From: Folioceros fuciformis
Lineage: Eukaryota
Assembly: GCA_049999805.1 (NCBI GenBank)
Contig: JBNGIO010006265.1
Span: forward strand, 53,161 to 117,160
DNA: 64,000 nt
Direction: 5' to 3'
Shown: positions 16,834-27,239 of the stretch, one piece after another
Numbering within the stretch: position 1 is the first letter of the stretch
Layout: each line of letters begins with the position of its first letter
Notes under the pieces: model-generated
The model's input: only the letters and a program-made list of their open reading frames with translations
Database searches by the model: none
Told to the model about the DNA's origin: nothing
Translations under genes and position numbers: made by a program

Positions 16834-18612
16834 CGACGCTTTCCACATATTCGTTCATAGCTCCGAGGAAAATCTCCCAGAACCACAAGTCCACGGCCAG
16901 TATGGCGGAGAAAAGAATAACGCCCAGAGTTTGGTATCTGTCCAATGGCCAGCCAGACGCTTCTTGGAGTACTTTGAGGACCGTCGAAATGCCGCCGGGC
17001 TTGGTTGCTTTGGTGCGGACTTTCATAGACCACGCTGTCCTCCAACTGATATCGCTGGCTTCCAATCCGAAGTCCTTTCTCAGGCGTTGGTCCATGTCTG
17101 GGAGGTGACCACTGCCGTAGAAGACGGCAATTTTCTGGCACCCTGAACGAAGGGCTTCTTGCAGCTCGTGCATGGCTATTTTGTTGCGCTCGCCGATGAT
17201 CACGGACCTTTCCATTAACGATGTTGTGCCATCTGCCAGGCTGCCATTGGAAAGAGGTTGTAGAGAACACAGAAGGGTATTATGGTTCAAACATAGGCGA
17301 TAGGGGGTGGGAGGGCTTACTCTATGCTGATGCGTTTTGCAAGAAAGACTTTCAGAGCCACTGCCAGATCCAAGTCTAATAGGGCCTTCATCTCTGGGGA
17401 CTTCTTCAGAGGTGCTCCAGAGGGGGCACAAACACCCTCGATGACAAACAGTCCGACAAGCGGCATTGGCATTACACGGGACACCCACAGCAGCTTGGCT
17501 CGAAACGGATCCAAGTATGATGGGAGAGTGGCACTCATGATGGCTTTGGTGGATGCCAAGCTCATGTCTCTTGCAAACGATAGAAAAGTCTCCCCTCGCT
17601 CTCTCTGCCAGCATTACAAGAATATGTCAATCAACAACACTATCATCACCACCACCACCACGACAATCAAGGCTGCAAAAACAAGAATCATGGGTTACCT
17701 GCAGGCCTTGAAAGGTTTCATAGTCCATATCTGCATGGTACCAGTTGTCCCTCCGATAGTCCATACACTCTAACTGGAAGTCCAGACCAAGCACAAAGGC
17801 AATTCCCTGTTGAATAGCGCTTACAACGCTGAAGCCTGATCTCTTGATGCCTGGCTTTGGGGGTCTCCACCGCGACCTCATTGTCCTGCTTTTCTGCTCC
17901 GAGGATTTGTCAGCCACCATCTCGAACAACACTCGGTCGTAAGTTCCCAGCTCATCCTGGAGTTGATCAAAATACCTGCAAAGACAAGAACCCGTACCTC
18001 AGGCCAGGATAGGGATCCGTGAGCTCAGTGAGGAACAAAACATCAAGGACAATAGACGAACAAGTAGACCAGAGATACGCACAACTTATCGGCAATATGG
18101 ACAGCTGATACCAGGTCAACCTGCCATCATAGGCATCAAAAACAAAAACATCAATCGAGTGTCCACAAATCACCTTTTTGGAATTGCAACCGTTCACTCA
18201 ACAGCACCTCACTACGTCCAAGCCACACCTGCTGTCTCTGGAAAATTCGCCATGGGAATGGCTTGGTGTAACTTATGACGGCAGTTTGGAGCTCAGATCC
18301 CTGGTCGCCATTGTCACAAAACCGTAGGAAGTCCGATATCGACTTGTTGTCCTCGGCTAAGCCACCATCGCTCGTGCTCTGATGCGCTCCAGGATCACCC
18401 AAGGCCCTTACCTTGCTAGACCTTCTACAGGAACTGGCCCTATCACTTGGAATCGTAAGCCTGATGCCATCTCCTCTCTCCGGAATGCGAGAGGGCGAGG
18501 CGGCCCCTGTTGCACTTTCCCTGAAAAAACTCCCCCTCCTCAGGGCCTCGTAGGCCAATCCCGGCTTGGCTACGCACACAACTGCTCCGGATACTGCCCC
18601 TGCCGCCATCAT
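16790..18612 (-). CDS. Conserved plastid-targeted protein, TraB/GumN-like family, with C-terminal transmembrane segment; multi-exon
   Basis: Transit-like N-terminus. Motifs SELQTAVISY, FEMV, LGLDFQLECMDYRRDNWYHADMD, IIGERNKIAM...KIAVFYGSGHLPDM. Hydrophobic TLGVILFSAILAVDLWFWEIF near the C-terminus. Confidence 0.75.
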
Positions 18613-19004
18613 GCAGCAGGACCGTCCTTAGCTGAGTTCACAAATCCCCTAGAACCTCCTTTCCCACCATGCGAGATGACACAATTTCATCCTACCGGCC
18701 GGTGGGATGGTACAAGACTATGTCTGACAAAGCGTATCTCAGTCAAGCAAATCTCAAAGCATCCGGCCCCAGCGTCCTTGCAAGCTTCCCAGGCTGGAGT
18801 CCCGCGGCTCTCTGTGCTGTGGTCTCTCCCCTCTCTCAAAGGGTAAAAATATCTGGCAGCTATGGCTGCCCACTCCACCATCGGAGTGGCTTCAACACAA
18901 CCCAGAGTAGGGGCGTCCTGATTACCCATTACGTGCCAATCTTCCGGAAGATCTGCAATTAGGTTACCTTTTAGTCGGAGCGGTCTGTAATATTCCAGCC
19001 AGCT

Positions 19005-20142
19005 ATGGCGAGCAGGGTTGTGGCCCGGCGTCTCGCAGCCTGCGCTACCCGCAGGTTCAGGGGAGACAATATCAGCTTCAGTCCCCAGGCTCTCAGGACC
19101 TTTGCCTCTGCGCCTGCTTGTCAATTTGGAGGTAATTGCCTTCCACCTTCGACTCCTGCTGGTTGGACTTTGCGTCATTCGGGATGCCTGATCTCTTGTG
19201 GAAGGATGGTGATTGGGCGTGATGATGGATCCGAGCTATATGTGTGAAGCATAAGACCTCGTGTAGTCATGCTGGCATTTAAATTCGGGATGGATGCTTT
19301 GGTGCAGAGAATGCAAATGAAGGCCAAATCTCTGGATTTGTTCGCATCCCTCACTTGCGGCACATGAGCGGTGGCGCACAAGGGCTTCCTTCGGTATCCG
19401 ATCCGCAAGTGAAGAAGGCCCTGGCAACGCTCTACGTGAACAACTGGGCGAAAATTGATGATGGCACGAAGAAGATCGTGGAGTCGACCCTGGCCAAGCA
19501 CCGGGATGAAGNNNNNNNNNNNNNNNNNNNNNNNNNNNNNNNNNNNNNNNNNNNNNNNNNNNNNNNNNNNNNNNNNNNNNNNNNNNNNNNNNNNNNNNNN
19601 NNNNNNNNNNNCCTCACGTCTTGGCAGTCGGCTCAAGCGGTGGAGCAGTTTGCAGCAAAACTGATTCATTTAAGGATGGAGCTGGACGAGCTCAGCGGGG
19701 GAAAATTCGGTGGTGAGGTATGAACGCTGTATTTGGGAAGACATAGTGTGGTGTGGTGCAGATTCTGTGCTTCTCTTTTCATTATTCAATCTGTTGCACT
19801 CAGGATGTTGCAGAAATTCCAGAACCAATCGTGAAGGCTCTGAAGTCTGCGTTCGCCCGATACTCCGCTTATTTGTACTCCATTGATGAAAGGACCGAGG
19901 GCTTTTTGAAGAAGAAGGTAGAGTTGGATCTTGGAAGCCTTATGCTGCAAGTCAAGCAGCGCTGCAACGGCTTGGAAGCTGAGTGGGGCGAGGTAATTCT
20001 GGAATGAAATCAACGCTTTGGCTTGTGACTGATAGACATCCTGCACTCTTTCACTGATGCCAAAGCTCTAAATTTGCAGATTGGAGTGCTCGGTACTTCA
20101 GGGCTTGCCGGTTCTTACATCGAGAAGTTTGCTCAAGTCTGA
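19005..20142 (+). CDS. SDH5: Plant-specific mitochondrial succinate dehydrogenase subunit 5
   Basis: Arg/Ala-rich mitochondrial presequence. Spliced exons LPSVSDPQVKKAL..., WQSAQAVEQFAAKLIHLRMELDEL, FLKKKVELDLGSLMLQVKQRCNGLEAEWG, C-terminus LGTSGLAGSYIEKFAQV*. One exon is interrupted by an N gap. Confidence 0.85.
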
Positions 20143-20400
20143 GCACCTGTATTGGCTACATGTTAAATTTTCAGTGAAGAAAGCTAGTTTTATCAGTTAG
20201 AAAACATGACAAGATTCGCGCACTGTAGTTGAACCGACCAAAAAACGGCACTCGCTTAGTTCGTGATTTCGTGAACGCTTTCCCGCTAATTGATCTTTAC
20301 ACGACTGAGAGAACGCGATTGCCTTCATCGAAGATGGCACGTCCGGGCGGTAAATGCTGAAGGACCAGCCGAGTCGGAGGTGGCAATCGTGGGGGAGGAG

Positions 20401-22953
20401 ATGGGAATGCAGCTGGCGATGGGTGTGAGCCTTTTCCCGGATGCCCTCTCGTGCGCGTTGTCAGGCAAGCCAGGATGCCTTCTCCGTGGCAGCCCAGTTT
20501 GTATGACGGGTCATTTGGATGCATTCCCAGTCCAAGCGTCCGTTGCAGGAGTCTCTTCCACACAAGGAGTGACGCAGAGAGAGCGGCAGGAGCTTCTGTG
20601 GCATTATTTCTTCTCGAATCCGTCGGACTGGTGGGACTACAGAGCGGATAAGAGAGGCCCTCGGCATCCTGACTTCAGACACAAGACATCCCAGGAGCCC
20701 CTATGGCTCGACAATTACCACAAGCCTATATGGGTGGATTCGCAGCTGGCCAGCTGGGATGTCCGAATGCGGGCTTCGGCTGCAGCGGCTGGGAATGGGC
20801 AGGGGGAGAATTTGGTGGGCGAGATGTTGAACAGACGTTGCTTGGAAGCCGAGCTCAGGGAGGCTGTTGAAGCGTTGGAGCAACTGGTGCAGCGGGGATG
20901 TCGGATCAGCGGCATTCTCTTTCATCGTTTGCTGAAGAGGTGTGCAGAAGAAAAGGACCTGGAATGTGGTAGGCGCGTGCATTCTCTTGCTGCCACACGG
21001 GGGTTGGCTTCCAACGCGTTTTTGGTGAATCATGTCATTGGTATGTATGCATCTTTTGGCAAATTGGAGGATGCAGTGCAGGTGTTTGGGCAGGTGCCAA
21101 GGCCCAGCATCCACATGTGGTCTTCCATCATTTTGGCGCATGCTCGGCAGGGGCAACCTGCACAGGCCATCAGCTTTTACAGGCAGATGAAACAGTCGGG
21201 CGTGGAGCCGGATAATCACATCTTCGTGGCAGCCCTTCAGGCTTGTGCTCTTGCAGAGGACTTGGTTTCGGGCAAGGAGGTGCATGCTGACATTCAAGCG
21301 AGTGCTGTGAAGGCGGATGTTTTCGTTGGGAACAGCTTGGTCAACATGTATGCTAAGAGCGGCTGCTTGGACGGTGCCCGGAAAGTGTTCGACAGCTTGC
21401 CCAAGAAGGATGTGGTGACATGGACGGCCATGATTGCAGGATATAGTCAGCAGGGGCTTGGGGAAGAAGCTCTGGTACTGTATGCGATGATGCGGAAGGA
21501 GGATGGCATGCTTTCAGCCAATCGTGTTACTTTCGTGTGTCTCCTTCAAGCCTGTGCCAGTGTGGGGGAGAAGGCGCTGCAGCAGGGCAGAGAGCTTCAC
21601 CGGCAGATTCGGGAAAGTCGGTCGGAAGATGATGCAGGCATTGGTAACAGCCTGGTGAACATGTACGCGAAATGCGGCAGCTTGGAGGATGCCCGGGAAG
21701 TGTTTGATGCTTTGCCGAGACGAGATGTTGTGACATGGAATGCCATGATTGCAGGATATGCTCAGCAGGGGCTTGGGCAACAAGCCCTGTCCTTGTATGC
21801 GAGTATGCAAAAGGAGGAGGCTTTACTGTCTGATGCTAATCATGTGACGGTTTCCTGCCTCTTACAAGCATGTGCTAGTGTGGGCGCTCTGCAGCAAGGG
21901 ATGGAGCTTCATTCTCTTTGTCGGGACAAAGGCCTTGAGGCTAACCCAGTCGTAGGCAGCTGCTTGGTTGGCATGTACTCGAAATGTGGGAGTCTAGAAG
22001 ATGCCCGCAAAGTCTTTGACGGATTGCCCTCAAAAAACTTGGTGACATGGACAGCGATGCTGAAGGGATATGCTGAACATGGTGAGGGTCACATGGCAAT
22101 CCGGTGCTTTGAAGATATGCTCCACCAAGGGGTTAAGCCTGATGAGATGACATTTGTATGTCTCATTGTGGCATGCAGCCATGTGGGCCTGGTGCAGGAA
22201 GGCAAGCGGTATTTTAGGATCATGGTGGAGGACTACGGGATCGTACCGTCCGACTACCACCACAGTTGCATGGTTGATCTTCTTGGCCGGTCTGGCAAAC
22301 TGGACGAGGCCGAACATTTGTTGCGAACAACGTCATTCACCAACGGTGTCGTGGGCTGGACAGCCTTGCTCACAGCTTGCAAGACCCACGGTGATGTAGA
22401 GCGGGGAAGACGATCTTTTGACCATCTGGTGGAACTGGAACCTGAGAACTCAACTTCGTACATCCTGCTGGGTAACATCTACGCGGATGCAGGCAGGTGG
22501 GACGACGTGGACAGGGTGGAAAGCTGGAGGAAGTCAGCAGGTGCTGTGAAGAAGCCTGCAAAAGCATGCATCGAAGTGCAGAAGGAGGTGCACGAGTTCA
22601 CAGTAGGGGAAGAGAGGAGGGACATCTCCACGACGCTCAGGTGCGTAAATACGAGGTTGAAGGAGGAAGGAGGCCATGTACCACAAACACAATTGGTGCT
22701 GCAGGCAGTGTCTGAGCAGGAGAAGGAGGATGCCCTGTGCGGGCATGCTGAGAAACTAGCTTTGGCATATGGTCTTCTCAACACCCCAGATGGCACCACT
22801 TTGGTGGTCACCAAGAATTTGCGCATGTGTAATGACTGCCACAGCAGCACCAAGGTCATGTCCCGCCTCGAGAAGAGAGAAATTGTAGTCAGGGATGCAC
22901 ATCGAGTACACCGATTCGTGGAAGGCTCCTGCTCATGTATGGATCGGCACTGA
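20401..22953 (+). CDS. PLS-class PPR protein with N-terminal PDF (OSB-like) motif and DYW:KP (DRH-ending) deaminase domain
   Basis: Intronless ORF with first ATG at 20401. PLS triplets, E1/E2, KKPAKACIEV, HAEKLA, CNDCH, C-terminus SCMDRH. Confidence 0.95.
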   Translation: MGMQLAMGVSLFPDALSCALSGKPGCLLRGSPVCMTGHLDAFPVQASVAGVSSTQGVTQRERQELLWHYFFSNPSDWWDYRADKRGPRHPDFRHKTSQEPLWLDNYHKPIWVDSQLASWDVRMRASAAAAGNGQGENLVGEMLNRRCLEAELREAVEALEQLVQRGCRISGILFHRLLKRCAEEKDLECGRRVHSLAATRGLASNAFLVNHVIGMYASFGKLEDAVQVFGQVPRPSIHMWSSIILAHARQGQPAQAISFYRQMKQSGVEPDNHIFVAALQACALAEDLVSGKEVHADIQASAVKADVFVGNSLVNMYAKSGCLDGARKVFDSLPKKDVVTWTAMIAGYSQQGLGEEALVLYAMMRKEDGMLSANRVTFVCLLQACASVGEKALQQGRELHRQIRESRSEDDAGIGNSLVNMYAKCGSLEDAREVFDALPRRDVVTWNAMIAGYAQQGLGQQALSLYASMQKEEALLSDANHVTVSCLLQACASVGALQQGMELHSLCRDKGLEANPVVGSCLVGMYSKCGSLEDARKVFDGLPSKNLVTWTAMLKGYAEHGEGHMAIRCFEDMLHQGVKPDEMTFVCLIVACSHVGLVQEGKRYFRIMVEDYGIVPSDYHHSCMVDLLGRSGKLDEAEHLLRTTSFTNGVVGWTALLTACKTHGDVERGRRSFDHLVELEPENSTSYILLGNIYADAGRWDDVDRVESWRKSAGAVKKPAKACIEVQKEVHEFTVGEERRDISTTLRCVNTRLKEEGGHVPQTQLVLQAVSEQEKEDALCGHAEKLALAYGLLNTPDGTTLVVTKNLRMCNDCHSSTKVMSRLEKREIVVRDAHRVHRFVEGSCSCMDRH

Positions 22954-23213
22954 GAGACTTCACAAGGGCAGTGCGGAGAAATGCCCTTCTCTTGTATGTC
23001 GCTTGCTGTACTCCTCGGAAGGCCATAAACAATAAATGCGCACCTATGTAACCTCTGGAATTGAAGCATTTGGTCTACGCGGCTAACAACTATGTTTTGT
23101 CCTGGTGGGTTGTTGAACCCTGAACCTTGGGAGGTAGCAGGATTTGACGATTTGAGCGTGACGATTTGATGTTGTCACGGCCAACGGGAGTGCGTGGATG
23201 TTGGTGAGACAAC

Positions 23214-25724
23214 ATGGCGACGCAGGTGGTAGACAGCAAATTGTGGGTTCAATTTGCTCAGATTGCCAGTTTTCCAATGTTGGCGGCCTCAGCGTGTAAG
23301 CAGCCTTGCGCTGCAACGGGTTGGCGGGGTTCTTCTTCCGCCTTGGCCTTCGCCTCCACTCGCAACAGCAGTTGCACTATAGTGGATGAAAGGGTGACGC
23401 AGAGGGAGCGGCAAGAGCTCTTGTGGCAGCATTTCTTCTTGGATCCAGCCGAGTGGTGGGACAACAGGGCGGAAAACAGGGCATCTTCCTCTCCCCGCCA
23501 TCAGCATCCTGACTTCAAGCACAAGACCTCCAGGCTCTCTCTGTGGCTTGACAGCTCTCACAAACCGGATTGGGTGGATGCGCAACTAGCCAGATGGGAC
23601 CAAGGGAGGCGACCGGAGGAGCTGTTCCGGCTGAGCGAGGCTGTGGAAGCGCTGGATGTCCTAGTGCAGCGGGGGTGGGGTTGTCATGTCACGCCTGCTC
23701 TCTTCTGTCGCCTCCTCAAGAGGAGCATGGCTCAAAACGACCTTGTGTTCACCAGGCGCCTGCATTCCCTGGCAGCCGCAAGTGGGCACGGCTCCAACGC
23801 ATTCCTGGTCAACCACATGATTGGAATCTATGCAGCGCATAACAAATTGGAGGATGCGATGCAGGCCTTCTCCCAAGTGCCGGTGCCGGATGTTTACATG
23901 TGGTCTTCCATCATACTGGCGCATGCGAGGCACGGACAACCTGCTCAAGGCATTAAGCTGTATCGGGCGATGCGGGAGCTGGCAGAGGTGGAGCCCGATA
24001 ACCGCCTGTACGTTGCAGCCCTTACGGCTTGCGCTGCTGCGCAGGATCTGCCAGCCGGCAAGCAGGTGCATGCTGATTTGCAGGCAAGTGCTGTGAAGGC
24101 AGACATTTTTCTGGGTAACAGCTTGGTGAATATGTATGCTAAGTGCGGGAGCTTAGTGGATGCTCGCCAAGTGTTCGACACATTGCCTAGAAGAGATGTG
24201 GTCACTTGGACGGCCATGATTAAGGGTTGCACGCAGCAGGGACTCGGTAGAGATGCTCTAGCTCTTTATACACAGATGCAGCAGGAGGGCGTTACTCTGG
24301 CCAACCGGGTCACGTATATGTGCCTGCTTCAGGCCTGTGCCAATGTGGGAGCACTGCAGCAGGGAAAGGAGCTCCATTTAAGGATCCGCGAACAAGGCTT
24401 GGAAGCTGATGCAGCTATTGGCAACTCCCTGGTGAATATGTATGCTAAATGCGGGAACTTGGAAGATGCTTGCGCGGTGTTTGACAGTTTGCCCCAAAGA
24501 GATGTGGTGTCATGGACGGCCATGATTGCAGGATATTCTCAGCGTGGGCTCGGTCAAAATGCCCTGGCTCTGTATAATAGAATGCAGCTGGAGGGGATCA
24601 CTCCGGCCAATCATGTTACATTTGTTTGCCTCCTGCAAGCATGTGCCAGCGTGGCAGCCCTGCAGCAGGGCAAGCAGCTGCACTCCCAAATTCGGGAAAG
24701 AGGCCTTGAAGCTGACGAAGTCATTGGTAACTGTCTAGTTAATATGTATGCTAAATGTGGGAGCCTGGAGGATGCTCGCAGAGTGTTTGACAGATTGCCC
24801 ACCAGAGATTTGGTGACGTGGACAGCTTTGCTTACCGGCTACGCTGAACATGGTGATGGTCACACTGCAATCAGGTGTTTTGAAGACATGCTGCGGGAGG
24901 GAGTTGAGCCAGATGACACCACGTTTACTTGCTTATTTGTAGCGTGCAGTCATGCAGGCCTTGTGCATCAGGGCCAACGTTATTTCAGGATGATGGTCGA
25001 GGACTATGGGATTGTTCCCACTGATAAGCACCAAAGTTGCATGGTTGATCTTCTTGGCCGATCAGGCCAGCTGGAGGAGGCAGAAAGTATGTTGCGAAGT
25101 AGGTCATTTGTGAGGGATGTGGTGGGCTGGACAGCTTTGCTGACTGCCTGCAAAAGCTATGGTGATGTGGAGCGTGGACGTCGATGTTTTGACCGTCTCT
25201 TAGAACTGGAAGCAGATGATGCAAGTTCATACGTGCTTTTGGAGAACATCTATGCCAAGGCAGGCAGGTGGGACGATGTAGACAGGATAGAGAATCTGAG
25301 AAAGACGGCTGGTATTTCGAAGAAGGCTGCCAAGGCGTGCATCGAAGTGCAGAATGAGGTGCATGAGTTCACTGTGGGGGAAGATAGGTCTGACATTTCT
25401 TCCAAGCTGAGGAGTTTGAACCTGAAGTTGAAGGAGGAAGGGGGCCATGTACCACATACACAACTGGTATTGAAGGCAATGTCTGAGGAGGAGAAGGAGG
25501 ATGCCCTGTGTGGACACGCAGAAAAATTGGCGTTGGCATATGGTTTGCTCAACACGCCAGATGGTACAACTTTGGTTGTCACGAAGAATCTTCGTATGTG
25601 CAATGACTGTCACAGCAGCACCAAGATAATGTCACGCCTTGAGAAGCGGGAGATCATAGTGCGAGATGCTCATAGAGTACATCGATTCCTTGATGGAGCT
25701 TGTTCATGTAGGGATCGGCATTGA
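23214..25724 (+). CDS. PLS-class PPR protein with N-terminal PDF (OSB-like) motif and DYW:KP-type (DRH-ending) deaminase domain
   Basis: 836-aa intronless ORF. PLS triplets, E1/E2, KKAAKACIEV, HAEKLA, CNDCH, C-terminus SCRDRH. Confidence 0.95.
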   Translation: MATQVVDSKLWVQFAQIASFPMLAASACKQPCAATGWRGSSSALAFASTRNSSCTIVDERVTQRERQELLWQHFFLDPAEWWDNRAENRASSSPRHQHPDFKHKTSRLSLWLDSSHKPDWVDAQLARWDQGRRPEELFRLSEAVEALDVLVQRGWGCHVTPALFCRLLKRSMAQNDLVFTRRLHSLAAASGHGSNAFLVNHMIGIYAAHNKLEDAMQAFSQVPVPDVYMWSSIILAHARHGQPAQGIKLYRAMRELAEVEPDNRLYVAALTACAAAQDLPAGKQVHADLQASAVKADIFLGNSLVNMYAKCGSLVDARQVFDTLPRRDVVTWTAMIKGCTQQGLGRDALALYTQMQQEGVTLANRVTYMCLLQACANVGALQQGKELHLRIREQGLEADAAIGNSLVNMYAKCGNLEDACAVFDSLPQRDVVSWTAMIAGYSQRGLGQNALALYNRMQLEGITPANHVTFVCLLQACASVAALQQGKQLHSQIRERGLEADEVIGNCLVNMYAKCGSLEDARRVFDRLPTRDLVTWTALLTGYAEHGDGHTAIRCFEDMLREGVEPDDTTFTCLFVACSHAGLVHQGQRYFRMMVEDYGIVPTDKHQSCMVDLLGRSGQLEEAESMLRSRSFVRDVVGWTALLTACKSYGDVERGRRCFDRLLELEADDASSYVLLENIYAKAGRWDDVDRIENLRKTAGISKKAAKACIEVQNEVHEFTVGEDRSDISSKLRSLNLKLKEEGGHVPHTQLVLKAMSEEEKEDALCGHAEKLALAYGLLNTPDGTTLVVTKNLRMCNDCHSSTKIMSRLEKREIIVRDAHRVHRFLDGACSCRDRH

Positions 25725-25979
25725 GCGAACAGATTGTTTGCACTTCCTTGAGGAGGGCATTATGGCAACCTAGATATCACATTTTTTGTACTCTCTCCAA
25801 GAATGTGACCTCGTACTAGTGCAGCAGGAGGGGAAGGTGCCTGGCTCAGAGATTTGTGAAATGGCCCCCCAAGCTCATTCAGCTCAAAGGTTGTTTCTTG
25901 GTTAAATATGATGGCAGAAAGTACCAGCTCGGCCAAATGTTTAACAGAAGATTTTCTGGCGTGCCTCTGCCGCGGTGAT

Positions 25980-26634
25980 GAGATGTATGCAGTATGGTGT
26001 TCAAACGCTTTTAAGATCTTTGGCTTTGCCTGAAGACACTTGGTAGGAAGCTTAACAACAGCGAAATAAGCTACAGTCCTCGGCCTCTGTTGAGCTTGCT
26101 CAAGAGCAGGAGCTCCTGACACTAAGAGCTGCAGGTCCGTACAGTGACATTCATAGCTGTCCTACGTCTGCTCAATGGTTGTACTGATGGTCCTGGGCGA
26201 CCCCATGTTGTAATGTCTGGGCAAGGAGCTTGGGAGTATACCCGTGGAAACTTGCATGGGTCACATTTTTCGCCAGGCAGACCACTTGGAAGAGTGAGAG
26301 TTCGCCGCAGTCTCAATCTTGTAAACCGTGTGGGCTCCAATATAAGTTTTTAATGCAAGGTTACAGGAGGTGTGGAGACAGATCAAGGGCACAGATGTTT
26401 TCAACGTCTAACAAACTGGGGATATTGCTGCCACTTCACTTTTGCTCTTGCCAGCAGTGTATGCCGACTAGGTGGGAGGAAACGCTTGAGAATGTCAGTC
26501 TGAGGAGGATGGGTGGGTGCTGTCAGTATGAGGAGGATGGTTGGTTTTTGTGGACACCAACAAGTGACAAAAAATGTGCAAGTTCGGAGGAGGTCTGCAT
26601 GTGCTCGACGCTGGGAAAGGTGCATATTGACTGA
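25980..26634 (+). pseudogene. Heavily decayed PLS-PPR/E-domain fragment
   Basis: Collinear motif remnants in shifting frames with stops: EMYAVW..AFKIF (S motif), VTFIAVL (L2), TCMGHIFRQADHLEE (S2), CKVTGGVETDQGHRCFQRL (E1), LLLPAVYAD-RWEE...LRRMGG (E2). Confidence 0.7.
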
Positions 26635-27239
26635 CACACAGGGCTAGTGTTCAATTGATCTCAGGTGGCTACGTAACTTCATTCCAAGTTCTCCTATCTG
26701 AACCTGTTTGGGTTGTGCTAATCAGACTCTTACTGAGACCGGCCGTAACCTCGAAACTCAAAAACTAGAACATGGACAAGGAAGCCAGCAAAATCGAACC
26801 TATTAGACTAAAAAGTCGAAGCGAGAATGAACAAAAACAGAGAACATTGAACCGTGAACATCAGAGACTCACCGAGACACCCTCATTGAAGGATCACCCT
26901 AAACATTGAGCTGTAGCTGTAGATGCATGGGTGTGGAGGAAGATTCCCGCGCAATCTGCTTAATCCTTGCCGAGGATGAGTCATACTAGAAAAAAATGCG
27001 GCGGTACCGCTATGGCCGACCAACTCATTTCATCGTAGGTTCGGCGATTCGGGTTAATGGCCGGGAGAAGCCCCTACTGTTGAACTATACAAGATCTTCT
27101 GCTTTCTGAGCGAAGGCCAGCAAGCCGTGGAGCGATTGATATGAAATCACATTCCCTGTTGAATATGCGTGCGTGTTGGTGTAGGATGGACTCAAGCTGG
27201 GCAGGCTTTTGTCTAAATTGAAGTTTTCTGAAGGAATCC

